A stretch of DNA of 64,000 nt from Macrostomum hystrix (taxonomy: Eukaryota; Animalia; Platyhelminthes). The DNA is taken from the NCBI GenBank assembly GCA_950097015.1, contig CATNEN010000030.1, forward strand, positions 3,286,001 to 3,350,000, in the 5' to 3' direction. A program made the translations under genes and the position numbers. Within the stretch, counting starts at the first letter, position 1. Every line of letters begins with the position of its first letter. The notes under the pieces are model-generated. The model had not been told where the DNA came from. It made no database searches and worked only from the letters and a program-made list of their open reading frames with translations. Shown in pieces: positions 25,321 through 38,265 of the stretch.

Positions 25321-26009
25321 ACGGCATCCGGCGTCATAGAGATTTTATTAGTTCATAATGACTTTACAATTCGTTTGCTTGACAAGTATTTTAACAGGTT
25401 GTCAAATCGTTATAACAAGCGTTATTTTATGTGTGACTTATTTTTGTCTTTAGTTTCTCATTCATAATGTTTTTATTCACAATTTATCTTACTAACCAAA
25501 GAAAAAAGTCGTTAAAAAAGGTTTTCCTTCAGTGTCTTCTGCCTTTTTGCTAGTGTGCGTGACAACTTGCACGCATTTGTGCTTTACTTTCAATCAAGAG
25601 TGTCTAAAAATAAGAAACCTGTTTATTTTGCCGCCTCCGCCTGTACTTCAACTTTTGGCTACCTGTCTGCTAGGTTTTTTTTAGCTACATTCTAGCAAAG
25701 TTTTTTTCGCCAAGTTATCAATCTTGGGCTACATTTTTATTGCGAGTTTTTTTCTATCTATCTTTTTCCTACTTTCAATATTTTTCTTTCGATAAACAAT
25801 GCTGAATAACATAATTTTTTTTTGCTACTAATAGTAGTGCAAAAAGTAGTATCTTGGAGTTTTTTATTTGTTTTTGTACTTGTCGATAAATCTTATCTTT
25901 TACAGAAAAAGACAAATATTTTTAATGTAGCGCAGTACATGAGAAGCGAATTCTGTTATTTTGGTTGAGGCAGCATTGAAGGCGGCAATTGTGCAGTTCC
26001 AAGCTGATC

Positions 26010-29000
26010 ATGCTAGTTGTCAGTAGTAGGTACAAACCCGTCAACATTGAATTCCAGGCCACAGCGGTCGGATATCGCAAAGCTTCGTCCGAGGCTTCGG
26101 CTGCAGACGACCTGCCTAGCAACGGGCTGCCGCAGCAGGCCGCCAACGCTAACCCGGCTGCCAGCAATGGCCAAGCCCACCTACCATCAAGTCAATCGTC
26201 ATCGGCTGCTGGCCGGTTGGCTCGCGCCGGGAAATCGCCCGCGCCTCGACCGCCGCCGCGCCAATCGGCTCCGTCGTCTCCCGGCCAGTCTCAGCTTGGG
26301 ACTTCGACGTCGCCGCCGCCGCCTCCGCCTCGGCCAGTGACAACACGAGCAACGGTGACTTTTAACGGCTCCTCGAACATCGCCTCCGCCGCTGTTAGTG
26401 GCGCGCGGCAGCAGATTCGCTCACAATTATCGCCTGAGAAGCAGCAACAATTGGAGCAGCAGAAAGTTGTGCTGCAGCAACAGTATTTGGAGCATCTGCG
26501 CAAGCGAGAATCTTTAGAGCAGCAGCAGCAACAGAAGCAGCAAAATCAGCAACAACAACAATTGCAGCAGCAGGCCCCGCAGCAGCAGCAGCAAAAGCAG
26601 CAGCAACAACAATTGCAGCAGCAGCAGCCGCAGCAGCAGCAAAAGCAGCAGCAGCCGCAGCAGCAGCAAAAGCAGCAGCAACAACAATTGCAGCAGCAGC
26701 AGCAGCAGCAGCAGCAAAAGCAGCAGCAGCAGCAGCAAAAGCAGCAGCAACAACAACAACAATTGCTGCAGCAGCAGCAGCAGCTAGAGTATCCCGGACA
26801 GCCGCAGCGAGGCGAGGCCGTTCGCCAGACGGGGCGATCGCGGCTACAAGCGCACAGGTGCGAAGTGAATGAGAAGATTCACCGGGAGCTGCAGCTAACC
26901 AAAGGCGCCGAGAATATGTTGAAAGTGACGCGTGACAAGCGCGCTAAAGCGCAAATCTCTGTTGAGCTGAAATATGCCTACTCAAATCTGGACCTGCTGC
27001 AGCGGGAACTGGCTGACATTAACGAGGCGCTGGAGGTCTACCAGGACACGAGCGCCTGTTTGCCGATGATTCCGCTGGGCCTCAAGGAGACGCGCCAGCT
27101 GGACTTCGAGCCGGCCCTGGCTGACTTCCTTGAGGAGCACTACAGTGCCAAGCGGGAGGATTTCAGGCACTGCTTTGCCGAGCTGAATCGGCTACGCGAA
27201 GCGGCTAGAAAACCTCTGCGCTCTGAACAGGGCGTGGCCGACATCTACATCTACCTGAATCACCTCTGGTGAGCTTGCCGAGCTCGTCCTTTGTCCTACG
27301 TTTTTACCTGAATTCAGCAACAGGCCGAATTGAGCGCCTCATTCCGCCCCTCCTTCAGACCCCATTCCGCCCCTCCTTCAGACCCCATTCCGCCCCTCCT
27401 TCAGACCCCATTCCGCCCCTCCTAGAGATCCCATTACGCCCTTCCTACAGACCCCATTCCGCCCCTCCTTCAGACCCCATTCCGCCCCTCCTTCAGACCC
27501 CATTCCGCCCCTCCTTCAGACCCCATTCCGCCCCTCCTTCAGACACCATTCCGCCCCTCCTTCAGACACCATTCCGCCCCTCCTTCAGACCCCATTCCGC
27601 CCCTCCTAGAGACCCCATTACGCCCTTCCTACAGACCCCATTCCGCCCCTCCTTCAGACCCCATTCCGCCCCTCCTTCAGAATCCATTCCACCCGTACTT
27701 CAGACTCCATTTCACCTCTGCTTCAGACTCCATTCCGCCCCTCCTTCAGACCCCATTGCGTCCCTCCTTCAGACTCCATTCCACCCGTCCTTCAGACTCC
27801 ATTCCGCCCGTCCTTCAGACTCCATTCCGCCCGTCCTTCAGACCTCATTCCGCCCCTCCTTCAGACTCCATTCCACCCGTCCTTCAGACTCCATTACGCC
27901 CCTCCTTTCCGCATATCTTCCTTCGATTTTGAAACCCTTGATTTTCGCTCGCACTCAATATCGACTCGCCGCCTACCTTGACAACTATTCCTCCAGGTAC
28001 CTGGATCGCAGATTTTTCGCGCCTTGGCGCTCTCACAGCCTATTCTTTCACTGGTTCGACTCATTCACCGGCGTGGCCTTCACCCAGCGCAGCCTGGCAT
28101 TCGAGAAGGCCTGCATGGCCTACAACCTGGCGGCCGTGTGCAGCCAGTTGGCTCTGTCAAACGCCAGGCAGGAGGCGGAGGCCGCCCTGGCATGGCTGTT
28201 GCGCAGCTGGGGCGCTGTGCTATTTGTAGCTGAGAACTACACCAATGCGCCCAGCATGGATATGAAAGCGGCTGTGCTGGAGATGACAGCCAATCTGTTG
28301 CGAGCTCAGGCCTACGAGTGCCAGTTCCAGCTGGACCATCAGCTGCCGGGTAGGTGACAGAGAAATTATTCACGGTATCCAGTGTCGATTATCGATTCTT
28401 GGGCAGATTTTTAGGTGAATGGAATTTACTTTCTGATATATACCATTTTATAGTTAGATAGATCTAGTATCTATTTTCCGTTGGATCTAGTGTCTATTTA
28501 TAGATAGATCTAGTGTCTATTTACAGATAGATCTAGTGTCTATTTACAGATAGATCTAGAGTCTATTTACAGATAGATCTAGTGTCTATTTACAGATAGA
28601 TCTGGTGTCTATTTAGAGATAGATCTAGTGTCTATTTACAGATAGATCTAGAGTCTATTTACAGATAGATCTAGTGTCTATTTACAGATAGATCTAGAGT
28701 CTATTTACAGATAGATCTAGAGTCTATTTACAGATAGATCTAGAGTATATTTACAGATAGATCTAGTGTCTATTTACAGATAGATCTAGTGTCTATTTAC
28801 AGATAGATCTAGAGTCTATTTACAGATAGATCTAGTGTCTATTTACAGATAGATCTGGTGTCTATTTAGAGATAGATCTAGTGTCTATTTACAGATAGAT
28901 CTAGTGTCTATTTACAGATAGATCTAGTGTCTATTTACAGATAGATCTGGTGTCTATTTACAGATAGATCTAATCTATTTACAGATAGATCTAGAGTCTA

Positions 29001-31511
29001 TTTACAGATAGATCTAGAGTCTATTTACAGATAGATCTAGAGTCTATTTACAGATAGATCTAGAGTCTATTTACAGATAGATCTAGAGTCTATTTACAGA
29101 TAGATCTAGTGTCTATTTACAGATAGATCTAGTGTCTATTTACAGATAGATCTAGAGTCTATTTACAGATAGATCTAGTGTCTATTTACAGATAGATCTG
29201 GTGTCTATTTAGAGATAGATCTAGTGTCTATTTACAGATAGATCTGGTGTCTATTTAGAGATAGATCTAGTGTCTATTTACAGATAGATCTAGTGTCTAT
29301 TTACAGATAGATCTAGTGTCTATTTACAGATAGATCTGGTGTCTATTTACAGATAGATCTAATCTATTTACAGATAGATCTAGAGTCTATTTACAGATAG
29401 ATCTAGAGTCTATTTACAGATAGATCTAGAGTCTATTTACAGATAGATCTAGAGTCTATTTACAGATAGATCTAGAGTCTATTTACAGATAGATCTAGTG
29501 TCTATTTACAGATAGATCTAGTGTCTATTTACAGATAGATCTAGAGTCTATTTACAGATAGATCTAGTGTCTATTTACAGATAGATCTGGTGTCTATTTA
29601 GAGATAGATCTAGTGTCTATTTACAGATAGATCTAGTGTCTATTTACAGATAGATCTAGTGTCTATTTACAGATAGATCTGGTGTCTATTTACAGATAGA
29701 TCTAATCTATTTACAGATAGATCTAGAGTCTATTTACAGATAGATCTAGAGTCTATTTACAGATAGATCTAGAGTCTATTTACAGATAGATCTAGAGTCT
29801 ATTTACAGATAGATCTAGTGTCTATTTACAGATAGATCTAGTGTCTATTTACAGATAGATCTAGAGTCTATTTACAGATAGATCTAGAGTCTATTTACAG
29901 ATAGATCTAGAGTATATTTACAGATAGATCTAGAGTCCATTTACAGATAGATCTGGTGTCTATTTACAGATACTCGTAGATCTAGAGTCTATTTACAGAT
30001 AGATCTAGAGTCTATTTACAGATAGATCTAGAGTATATTTACAGATAGATCTAGTGTCTATTTACAGATAGATCTAGAGTCTATTTACAGATAGATCTAG
30101 AGTCTATTTACAGATAGATCTAGAGTATATTTACAGATAGATCTAGAGTCCATTTACAGATAGATCTAGTGTCTATTTGCAGATAGATCTAGAGTCTATT
30201 TACAGATAGATCTAGAGTCTATTTACAGATAGATCTAGAGTCTATTTACAGATAGATCTAGAGTCTATTTACAGATAGATCTAGTGTCTATTTACAGATA
30301 GATCTAGTGTCTATTTACAGATAGATCTAGAGTCTATTTACAGATAGATCTAGTGTCTATTTACAGATAGATCTGGTGTCTATTTAGAGATAGATCTAGT
30401 GTCTATTTACAGATAGATCTAGTGTCTATTTACAGATAGATCTAGTGTCTATTTACAGATAGATCTGGTGTCTATTTACAGATAGATCTAATCTATTTAC
30501 AGATAGATCTAGAGTCTATTTACAGATAGATCTAGAGTCTATTTACAGATAGATCTAGAGTCTATTTACAGATAGATCTAGAGTCTATTTACAGATAGAT
30601 CTAGTGTCTATTTACAGATAGATCTAGTGTCTATTTACAGATAGATCTAGAGTCTATTTACAGATAGATCTAGAGTCTATTTACAGATAGATCTAGAGTA
30701 TATTTACAGATAGATCTAGAGTCCATTTACAGATAGATCTGGTGTCTATTTACAGATACTCGTAGATCTAGAGTCTATTTACAGATAGATCTAGAGTCTA
30801 TTTACAGATAGATCTAGAGTATATTTACAGATAGATCTAGTGTCTATTTACAGATAGATCTAGAGTCTATTTACAGATAGATCTAGAGTCTATTTACAGA
30901 TAGATCTAGAGTATATTTACAGATAGATCTAGAGTCCATTTACAGATAGATCTAGTGTCTATTTGCAGATAGATCTAGAGTCTATTTACAGATAGATCTA
31001 GTGTCTATTTACAGATAGATCTAGTGTCTATTTACAGATAGATCTAGAGTCTATTTACAGATAGATCTAGAGTCTATTTACAGATAGATCTAGAGTATAT
31101 TTACAGATAGATCTAGAGTCCATTTACAGATAGATCTGGTGTCTATTTACAGATACTCGTAGATCTAGAGTCTATTTACAGATAGATCTAGAGTCTATTT
31201 ACAGATAGATCTAGAGTATATTTACAGATAGATCTAGTGTCTATTCACAGATAGATCTAGAGTCTATTTACAGATACTCGTAGATCTAGAGTCTATTTAC
31301 AGATAGATCTAGAGTCTATTTACAGATAGATCTAGTGTCTATTTACAGATAGATCTAGTGTCTATTTGCAGATAGATCTAGAGTCTATTTACAGATAGAT
31401 CTAGTGTCTATTTGCAGATAAAGCTATGCTGTCAGTTTTGATGTATTCAGTGAAAATTTCATGAAACATTTTCGCGCAAAGTTAAGACGCTCCTTGTCTA
31501 TCGCTACAGCC

Positions 31512-31599
<88 letters not shown>

Positions 31600-33727
31600 C
31601 CAAGTCCCAGCCGACTACAGTTCAAGGCCTGGCTGAGCTGCACCTAGTCCGGGCGCAGGCCGCCGAGTTTATCAGCGACGTGTTCAACAATGTCGACACT
31701 AGGCTCTCCGGTGACATCCTGCGCTACTCAGACTTCATACCGGACACCTGGCTCACTCTGGTGCAGCTCAAGACCAACTATTTCAAGGGTTTGGCCAGAC
31801 TGGCCCTGGCCAGTTTTATGGTTGACTCGCTAGCTCTGTCCGGGGCTAGGACTGCGCCAGTGGCGGACATTGTCACCCGGCTTAGCGAGGTTCTGTTGGC
31901 CAAGAATTCTAGGAAGCCTGGAACTGCCGGCGAACTGCGTGCGTTCGGTTAGTGAACTCACTGAATCTCCTATTCACTGAATCACCCATTCACTGAATCT
32001 CCCATTCACTGAATCTCCTATTCACTGAATCTCCCATTCACTGAATCTCCCATTCACTGAATCTCCCATTCACTGAATCTCCCATTCACTGAATCTCCCA
32101 TTCACTGAATCTCCCATTCACTGAATCTCCCATTCACTGAATCTCCCATTCACTGAATCTCCCATTCACTGAATCTCATACTCACTGAGTCTCCCATTCA
32201 CTGAATCTCCCATTCACTGACTTCTCCGATCACTGAATTTCCTGTCTATATAAGTCTCCATTTACCGAGCTCACATTATGCAAAACCAATGCCGCATGGT
32301 TAAAAATTGCAGCCCGCCTGTACGCAGCCGAGGCCATGTCGTGCTTTGAAGAGGCCATTCGACTTATGTCGCTAAATAAAAAGCTGAGCGATCTGGCAGT
32401 TTGTAGCAATACGTTGAATCGGCTGCACTCCAAGTGAGTCTAGATTGTGCTTTTTCATGCAGTCTACGAGTCTCGTAGTATACTCTATAACAGTTTGAGG
32501 CTAGAGGCTATAAACCCGAAGTCAAATCATGGCCAAATCCTATTTAAGCCATACACTAACGGTTGTCAAGCCATAGCATTGACGTTTCCTAGCCAAGCCA
32601 TTGCCAAACCCAAGCCAAGCCAGTGACAACCCTGGTCAAGCTATAAATAATCCTAGCCAAGACATATCCTCACCAAGCCGTGGACAAAACCAAAGCCAAG
32701 CCATAGACAACCCAAGCCACGCTATAGATAATACCCCAGCCCAAGCCATGGACAACCCAAGCCACGCTATAGATAAATCCCTAGCTAAGCCATAGACAAC
32801 CCAAGTCAAGTCATGGACAATCGAAGCCAAGCCATAGACAAAACCCTAGCCAAGCCATAGACAAAACCATGACGTCGACCAAGTCTTAGACAAAACCGAA
32901 GCTAAACCCAAGCCCAAATTTCAATATAGTCTTCCCTAAACCACAACCCAAAGCCACACGAACAAAGTCAACATGCAAATTACGTCAACTCGAAGCTTAA
33001 CTCCCGCCCGCTCCGCAGGGCACGCACGCTGCACCTGGAAATTGAACTGGAGCCGAGCGCCCAGCTAGTCTCATTCTACTCCAGCGGCATTCGAGCTCGC
33101 ATCGGTCGGGTCCTATCCGCCGAGGAGCCGAACTTTCACCGACATCCGGTGCAGGACCTGTTCACCGCCCTCGGCCCCATCGGCTTCTTCAACTCGCGCA
33201 ACGCCTGGTCGCAGCCGCGCGAGATTCGGCTTCAGCGCGACAAAACTGACAAAGGCGACAGCGTCGGATTCGGTTTTAGCGTAGCCGGCGAAGCTCCAGT
33301 CACCGTGGCCTCCGTTGACGACGCCGGCCAGGCGAAGACGCGCGGCCTGCTGACGCGTGACATTGTCATCGGCGTCGGCGAGCAGGACGTCAAATGGGCC
33401 TCGCACGAGCACCTCAGCCGGCTGATTCGAGACAGCGGCCCGACGCTCTGCCTTTGGGTGGTCAGCCCGCTGGAGACGCCGCGTGCGCCAACGGCGACCG
33501 AATCTGGCGAATCGAACGCCACAGGCGGCGGCGGCGGTTCGTTAAGCGGCAGCGTCAGATCCGTTACTGGCGGCGGCCTTCACCAGATGCAGGCGGCCGG
33601 CAAGTCTGGCCAGCAGAGCTGGCGCAAGCGCCTCTCCGGCTCCTGGCTGTTCAGGCGGCGCAAGGCGCGCAGCGAAAGCGCCGGCAGACGCGCCGGAAAC
33701 AAAGAATCAGTGCAGTCCACACTTTAA
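26010..33727 (+). CDS. RHPN2: Rhophilin (HR1 Rho-binding, BRO1 and PDZ domains) with two polyQ tracts; 5 exons, about 959 aa
   Basis: Exons 26010(?)-27268, 27997-28349, 31510-31947, 32313-32433, 33019-33727, phases consistent. HR1: QTGRSRLQ...KGAENMLKV...ELKY...L. MIPLGLKET, BRO1 FHWFDSFTG...FEKAC, QDLFTALGPIGFF, PDZ GFGFSVAGEAPVTV...GLLTRDIVIGV...DVKWASH. Start codon uncertain (first in-frame ATG used). The paralog label RHPN1 vs RHPN2 cannot be resolved. Confidence 0.88.
27340..27900. repeat. 23-nt C-rich minisatellite, rhophilin intron 1
   Basis: Unit CAGACCCCATTCCGCCCCTCCTT. Confidence 0.92.
28450..31420. repeat. 23-nt quasi-palindromic satellite, about 3 kb, rhophilin intron 2
   Basis: Unit GATAGATCTAGWGTCTATTTACA. 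Confidence 0.95.
31515..31598 (+). repeat. Pure (CAG)28 coding trinucleotide repeat
   Basis: 84 nt uninterrupted, in rhophilin exon 3. Confidence 0.95.
31965..32240. repeat. 16-nt minisatellite, rhophilin intron 3
   Basis: Unit TCACTGAATCTCCCAT. Confidence 0.92.
32560..32940. repeat. Degenerate tandem repeat, rhophilin intron 4
   Basis: Recurrent AGCCAAGCCATAGACAA; a related motif recurs at 33810-33860. Confidence 0.7.
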
Positions 33728-36700
33728 GCGCTTAGCCTAGGAGAATAATTGATTGATAAATAACAGGAAACTACACCCTGCATCCCTTAGGGTAAGATGC
33801 ACAGTCTGGGCCACAGACATAGACAAAACCCTAGCCAATCTATAAAAAATCTTAGCCAAGCGTGGCTTCGTGGCTCGTGGCCATATTGGCTCGTGGCTTC
33901 CAAAGCCTGTGTACATTGGAGCAGCTCACGCAAATTTCTACCCCAGCCAATGGCGGAGCCCATTTTACCATTTTATTCTACTGTTAAAATTGAACCAGAT
34001 GTGAATTTATTATGGCGGGAGACACCACAAAATGCTTTGCCTAGTCATTTCTACTGTGCTAGACATTCCATGTGATGTGAAGATTAACGCTTTTTTTCTA
34101 ATGTTCGCCAGACTGATGTTTGACTACTCAGTCACTGCACTCAAGTAGTCTGTGCCGCTTGTTTAGTTCAGTTCAGTTAGTCTAGTTTTATTTCCTCGCT
34201 CATACAGAGATTCTTTGGCTGCCGTGTATTTGAAATAGTTTAAAGTTCTGCTGTTGCCTCTCATTGCTCGGGTTTGGCCCGGTTATTCTGAAATCTCGTC
34301 AACAATTTGTTTTAGTTATTTTTGTTCAGATTGCCTGTTATCCTGAGCTAAAAATAACTAATAGATGAACTGTTGTTGCCTCTCAGAGTTAACAAAGAAG
34401 TGGCTCTGTTTCTGGTCCTTAGTGTCCTCTAAAGTAGTCTCAGCCATCTCATCCCTTATCAAATGAGCTCATGCTTACATCCTTCGCTGCAACAGCTTCT
34501 CCATTCCGTATCATGTAACATTGTTTTATGTAAATTACACCAAATGCTTTTTATGTGAAATTCCGCGGTCCAGCTTTTACTCTATAAAAGTCTTGAATTC
34601 CAAGCGACCAATTGGCCTGCGTTTTTACCTATATCTAGTGTATAGACTGTGATTTTTTATTTAAACTATTCAATTTTCTTCCGATTGGCCTGTTTTGCTT
34701 GCCCCAACTTTGTGCTTAAAAATTGAATCATTTAATATTTTTAAGTCAATCTTTCACCCATACATTCCTGTTTGTCTGACCTGCAGACTGTGTGCTGTGC
34801 TCAAACAGTAGTTCTCACTTTTGTTCAATTTTAACCTCAAACTCTGCACGGAATTTGGTTCAAAAAGTTTTTTGTCACTTTTCATTAGTTAGTATTGAGT
34901 AGTAAATTATGGTGCTTATCTTTCCTACAACAAAAACTCCTACAAAAAGCTGAGCTTTTGCTGAGGTGATATTTTCAGTTTTTGGCATTCGGTTTTTATT
35001 TTAAATAATATTTACAGCTTGTAAAATGAGTCATTTGCTCTAGAATTTTATTTATATTACAAGATGTATATGTAACCTTTAATTCAACTCACTTATTTCC
35101 TTCTTCCTGATAGCGTGGGTGCTTATATACTGCTTATTATCTCCATTGTTACAGTAGAATCTCAGCTTCATTGCTCGCCAGCGTGTAAGAATATATTATT
35201 ATCGCATATTACTTCAGTATTATGTGCAGTGTGTATATAGCACACTTTCATAAAATGGAAATTCATATAATTGATAAATTTTAGACTGATTCTCTTTCAA
35301 ACATTCTGACTGAGTTTTTTTACAATGCATAGAATCAAATCCCATCCTATCCTGTCAAAAATCGGCATCATAAACATGATGTTTGAAGCTTCCTAAACAT
35401 AATTAGCAGAACCATAACTTCGAGCAATTTCACCCTTGTGTGAAAGGGTCTTAAAAAGCGCATTAGCCGGTTTAAATTTAGTTGTGATCACAAAAACTTA
35501 AAAATATAAAATTATAGTACATGAACCAATACATTTGCATCCACACTATCTTTCCAAGGACCACTAAGTAGGAGGTCTACTTCTAATGGTCTTTGTATCT
35601 TTCTTAGATGAACACGAATTCGCACACGAATAATCGCGTTCTGATATTTCGTTCAAATTATATATTATATATATATTATAAATTATATATATTACATATT
35701 ATATATTATAAATTATAAATTATATATTATTGCTCTTATACAAACACGGCTAAGGATTGCAGTCCCGGGATCCCGGAATCCCGTGATTCTCTATCAATTT
35801 ATCAATACATATATTTATATTTGTACTTAATTTTGTGTTGATAACTTGATTTTTTATTTGGCTCAGTAAGTAGACTATCTTTATTTCTTGATTACTTGTA
35901 TTTAATTAACTAAGACAATTACGCAAAAGCGTTATTGTATTTCTACGAAATATTTAATTTTACAAGTTGTTGGTAAGGGGTAAAACACTACCCGAAAAAT
36001 AGGGTAAAAGGCTACCCAATGATTTTAGGCGTCTACCCGCTTCAAATCGTCCAGAAAATGCGCCTAACCTATGCAGCTTCTAGTTTGGAATTTTCTTAGG
36101 TAAAAAACTGAAAGATTATGATGAAATTCACGTTTATTTCTGTTGGTAGTGTTTTACTCCAAAAAGCTACCCAAAACTACCCGACCCCTACCCCCGTCAT
36201 TGAGAATCGAAAATCAATGGCTAAGCTTACTTTTACATCTTCTGCCATAATGTGTAATATCAAGTGGTTTTAACTTGCATAAGCAAAGTTAGGGTAATGG
36301 GTAATTTGTTTTACTGTATTTTACTTTCGCATTTTTTAAACGTATAAATCTTAATCTTATTTAGAAACGCTAAACGAATAATATTGCCAAGATTCATATA
36401 CAATGTTATAAGAAATAATGCAGCTTTTTCAGTTCGAAAGCTACGATACTGCAGGTGTAGTGAAATTGCGATAATCTTTTCTTATCGTGTCAGTGATTTC
36501 TAATCTGAGTGTTGGCCAACAACACACTAAGGTGATATATTATCAAAGTGCATCTAACTTAATAGACTTTATAATTCCGTTAACTAAATAATCTTATATA
36601 AACAGCAATAAAAACTTATGTCCATTTATCTATAGTAATATCAACAGCTATACATATATAAATATAGAACTACAAAAGTAATTATGCCTTATGCACATTG

Positions 36701-37194
36701 TTTTTATGTTATAAATAAAAAATATCAATATACCTTGAGGACATTGAGGTTTCAAATAAATTTATTCAAAGCAATTGAACATATTTTATATAAATTTAAA
36801 CAGTATTTGATTGCTGATTTGATTTGTTTTTCTGTTTTTATATGCATAAGACAACAATTATTTGCTTAAATATTATTAATATATTATTTCTCTTAATATA
36901 ATATATTTTTAGTTGGTGTACAGTTGGCGTCAGTTGGTTTCTCCTGTAGTCCCTATTTGGTTGAGTTGGTGCACAGTTGGCATCAGTTGGTTTCTCCTAC
37001 TGTAGTTCCTTTTTAGTTGAGTTGGTGTACAGTTGGCGTCAGTTGGTTTCTTCTACTGTAGTCCCTTTTTAGTTGAGTTGGTGTACAGTTGGCGTCAGTT
37101 GGTTTCTCCTACTGTACCAGTTTGTTATTTTGACTTCAGTCAGTATAATTCTAATTTTTTGGTACAATCAGTTTTCATTCCCTTTACATTTCAG

Positions 37195-38265
37195 TTGCGT
37201 CTATTGGCATCCAAACCAGAGGCAGCATTGCCTCCTTCTGGGCAAAATGTTCCTTGTCCAGAATCACCATGTATTGTTGTGTTTAAGTCGGATGGTATTG
37301 ATATTTTAGAGGCCTCTCGGCGCCTTTGTAGCTGCATTCGGAACCTAACTCGTCGTAATGTCCGTGTATATTCAGACGCTGGTTATCGTCGATGCGGACG
37401 TGAAAAGGTTGCTGTTATTCAGAATTTGAGTAGCTCGTCAACTTCTGTGTTTTTGCACGGAATCAGTGGGAACGCCACTGTAGATAATGATCATCGCCAG
37501 AATGGCTTCGAATGGCTACAACGTTTTGAAGCCCCGCCTCGCCCTTTTAACCGCGGACAGCTAAAATGGAAGCAGCATCTTTTGGCCACTTTTCGGTGGC
37601 TAATCATGGAAGGCGACCCAGGCACATTAAGAACTTTGTCTGCCCTTTCAAACGCTCTATCTACAACGCTGCGTCTGCGAATTCGTCGTCGTCGTAATCA
37701 ATTAGTACTGCCAAGATCTGACCAGGCAAGTAATCACCAACCGGGACATGAACGTCACGATGAACTCATTGATTTGAATGAGGAACTAGAGGACTCAGAC
37801 AAAACAGCGGATGGCCAGCAGGGCGCTGACAAGCCAGCCAATGAACAGCAGGGCGCTGACAAGCCAGCGGATGGCCAGCAGGGCGCTGACAAGCCAGCCA
37901 ATGAACAGCAGGGCGCTGACAAGCCAGCGGATGGCCAGCAGGGCGCTGACAAGCCAGCCAATGAACAGCAGGGCGCTGACAAGCCAGCGGATGGCCAGCA
38001 GGGCGCTGACAAGCCAGCCAATGAACAGCAGGGCGCTGACAAGCCAGCGGATGGCCAGCAGGGCGCTGACAAGCCAGCCGATGACCAGCAGAGCGCTGAC
38101 AAGCCAGCCGATGACCAGAATTTGGACACGGGAGGATCAAGCCACTCAGAAAATTGTCCGCCGGTGCCACGAAAGAGAGTGCATGAAAGCAAGAAACGGC
38201 CTAAACTTTTAGGAACGGAAAAAGCCGGTCCTCATGTGTCCAAACGACAACTACGACGACGCTAA
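37195..38265 (+). CDS. Transposon-borne ORF of unknown function with a 10-aa repeat (D/N-G/E-QQGADKPA) and a basic C-terminus
   Basis: Open frame 37033-38265. Probable 3' splice acceptor tttacatttCAG at 37194; the 5' part of the ORF is TIR subrepeat and no start exon was identified. 30-nt coding repeats alternate as a 60-nt pair. Confidence 0.5.
   Translation: MRLLASKPEAALPPSGQNVPCPESPCIVVFKSDGIDILEASRRLCSCIRNLTRRNVRVYSDAGYRRCGREKVAVIQNLSSSSTSVFLHGISGNATVDNDHRQNGFEWLQRFEAPPRPFNRGQLKWKQHLLATFRWLIMEGDPGTLRTLSALSNALSTTLRLRIRRRRNQLVLPRSDQASNHQPGHERHDELIDLNEELEDSDKTADGQQGADKPANEQQGADKPADGQQGADKPANEQQGADKPADGQQGADKPANEQQGADKPADGQQGADKPANEQQGADKPADGQQGADKPADDQQSADKPADDQNLDTGGSSHSENCPPVPRKRVHESKKRPKLLGTEKAGPHVSKRQLRRR

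Noticed and set aside
26514-26762. Poly-Leu minus-strand ORF
   Set aside because: It is simply the antisense of the rhophilin polyQ codons.
35750-35790. TAAGGATTGCAGTCCCGGGATCCCGGAATCCCG, resembling a hAT-type terminus
   Set aside because: No matching opposite end or TSD found in the window.
36684-36869. Identical 61-aa ORFs at 36684-36869 (+) and 41397-41582 (-)
   Set aside because: AT-rich chance ORF duplicated because it lies in the TIR; used only as evidence of TIR identity.
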